Of a DNA stretch of 57,143 nucleotides, positions 55,856 to 57,143 are shown one piece after another; the stretch's first letter is position 1; each line of letters opens with the position of its first letter. The notes below the pieces were generated by a model. The model was given only the letters and a program-made list of their open reading frames with translations, had not been told where the DNA came from and searched no databases. The position numbers and the translations under genes were made by a program. This DNA is from Alphaproteobacteria bacterium MarineAlpha3_Bin6. GTDB lineage: Bacteria; Pseudomonadota; Alphaproteobacteria; Rhodospirillales; UBA2165. The stretch covers positions 1 through 57,143 of the forward strand of contig PTLH01000002.1 of assembly GCA_002938035.1 (NCBI GenBank), written 5' to 3'.

Positions 55856-57103
55856 TTGAGTAAGCCCATACTTCAACCCTTCGCTGCCCTTAGGCCGGTT
55901 CCTGAATACGCCCAGATTGTAGCTGCGCCTCCTTATGATGTCATGAGTACCGCGGAGGCTAGGGAACTAGCAAAAGACAATCCCTGGAGCTTCCTTCACA
56001 TCTCAAGACCAGAGATAGACCTACCTCAAGGCATTAATCCGTTTTCCAGCGAGGTTTATTCGAAAGGCGCTGAAAACATGGCACGTATGTTGAGTGAAGG
56101 CATTCTATGCCGCGATGACGCACCTGGTTATTATATTTACAGGGTTCAGACGGATGATCACGTGCAGACTGGTATCGTAGGGGTTGGGTCAGTCGAGGCT
56201 TATGAAAATAATCTCATTCGTCGACATGAACTTACCCGTCCCGACAAAGAAACTGACCGAGTGAAACAAATTCTGGCAGTTAAAGCTCAGACAGGTCCAG
56301 TTTTTGCTACACACAAAAATGATAATGATCTCTCAACTCTGATGGAAGAGTTAACCTTAGGTGAGCCAGCTTACTCTATAATCGGTGACGGCGGATCTAT
56401 TCACACCTTGTGGGTTGTCATGGCGAAAAAAGTTATTAATCGGATCGCTGAAAGATTTGAGAAGCTTGGTGCGATTTACATAGCAGACGGGCATCACAGA
56501 TCGGCTGCTGCATCTCGGGTGGCGGCAGAGCTAAAAAGAACTAATCCAGCGCATAATGGATCCGAGCCTTACAATTCAATTTTGGTGGTTAGTTTCCCGG
56601 AAACAGAGGTCCAAATACTAGATTACAATAGGGTCGTTAAAGACATCAATGGATTGAGCGCCTCCATGCTCTTGGATCGCATCGAAGAATATTTTGAAGT
56701 TTTTTCAAGCGACTTACCTGCACAACCCGAGAGTGCCGGGTCTTTCGGCATGTATTTAGCGGGAGGGTGGTATATTCTTCGTTTTAAGGGTGATTTAGTT
56801 TCCAATAATACGATCAAGGATGATTTAGACGTTAGTATCCTTAGCGACAAAATTCTGTCGCCCGTATTGGGAATAGGTGACCACAGAACAGACCCCCGTA
56901 TAGGATTTGTTGGAGGAATTCGGGGGATGTCTGAGCTCGAAAGACAGGTGGACTCGGGTGATTGGGAGGTTGCTTTTGCGCTTTTTCCTATCACCGTTAG
57001 CCAGATCATGACGTTGGCAGATGCTCAGAAAACAACGCCACCCAAGACTACTTGGTTCGAACCTAAATTAGCCGATGGCCTGGTATCCCTTGCCTTGGAT
57101 TGA
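55856..57103 (+). CDS. DUF1015 domain-containing protein
   Basis: 415 aa. N-terminus ILQPFAALRPVPEYAQIVAAPPYDV and IADGHHR are typical of DUF1015. TTG start. Confidence 0.75.
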   Translation: MSKPILQPFAALRPVPEYAQIVAAPPYDVMSTAEARELAKDNPWSFLHISRPEIDLPQGINPFSSEVYSKGAENMARMLSEGILCRDDAPGYYIYRVQTDDHVQTGIVGVGSVEAYENNLIRRHELTRPDKETDRVKQILAVKAQTGPVFATHKNDNDLSTLMEELTLGEPAYSIIGDGGSIHTLWVVMAKKVINRIAERFEKLGAIYIADGHHRSAAASRVAAELKRTNPAHNGSEPYNSILVVSFPETEVQILDYNRVVKDINGLSASMLLDRIEEYFEVFSSDLPAQPESAGSFGMYLAGGWYILRFKGDLVSNNTIKDDLDVSILSDKILSPVLGIGDHRTDPRIGFVGGIRGMSELERQVDSGDWEVAFALFPITVSQIMTLADAQKTTPPKTTWFEPKLADGLVSLALD

Positions 57104-57143
57104 ACAAGTCATTCGCGATCCACACCTATTGATAAAATTTTTT

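Noticed and set aside
1-57143. Scan for CRISPR arrays, IS elements or transposases, integrases, tRNA/rRNA genes, toxin-antitoxin or known defence systems
   Set aside because: I found no spaced direct-repeat arrays, no transposase- or integrase-like ORFs, no tRNA-like T-arm/acceptor combinations outside the tmRNA, and no defence-gene motifs. This was a by-eye scan, so short or degenerate elements could have been missed.

Overview
The window looks like a compact alphaproteobacterial chromosome segment, about 90% coding. Supporting evidence: a circularly permuted two-piece tmRNA with tag ANDNEAFAVAA, an alpha-type SspB, DUF1491, and the syntenies ybjN-proC, lgt-midA-pgeF, prs-ctc-pth-ychF and hflKC-DUF2065-degP. 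I saw no CRISPR array, IS or transposase, tRNA, rRNA or recognisable defence system.

Positions 1-18000 are accessory-like. They hold phosphonoacetate hydrolase phnA, a five-gene peptide/opine-type ABC importer, a class V aminotransferase and a 971-aa FAD/Fe-S oxidase. They also hold selD, an LLM flavin oxidoreductase, two Zn-ADHs, an acyl-CoA dehydrogenase and a transglutaminase-like protein. The rest is mostly housekeeping: folate/pterin genes, uvrC, pgsA, Moco genes, ilvE, an OmpR/EnvZ-type pair, rpoH, proC, hldD, lgt, prs, L25, pth, ychF, class I fumarase, sspB, thyX, hflKC and degP.

The strongest observations come from direct reading of the sequence:
1. selD is a selenoprotein. The ORF track truncates it at an in-frame TGA sitting at the catalytic Cys/Sec position, and a 17-nt SECIS-like hairpin follows 10 nt downstream.
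2. An unannotated permuted ssrA (tmRNA) lies immediately upstream of, and co-oriented with, sspB, the adaptor for ssrA-tagged substrates.
3. A clear iodothyronine-deiodinase-family homologue has Cys (TGT) at the Sec position and an extra C-terminal hydrophobic segment. It sits beside a cupin and a gamma-resorcylate-decarboxylase-like gene.

I cannot demonstrate a wholly new multi-gene system. The selD neighbourhood and the phnA/ABC/aminotransferase/oxidase locus are the best candidates for undescribed metabolism, and both remain inference. Several well-supported genes require TTG or GTG starts. All coordinates for refined starts are my own reading.
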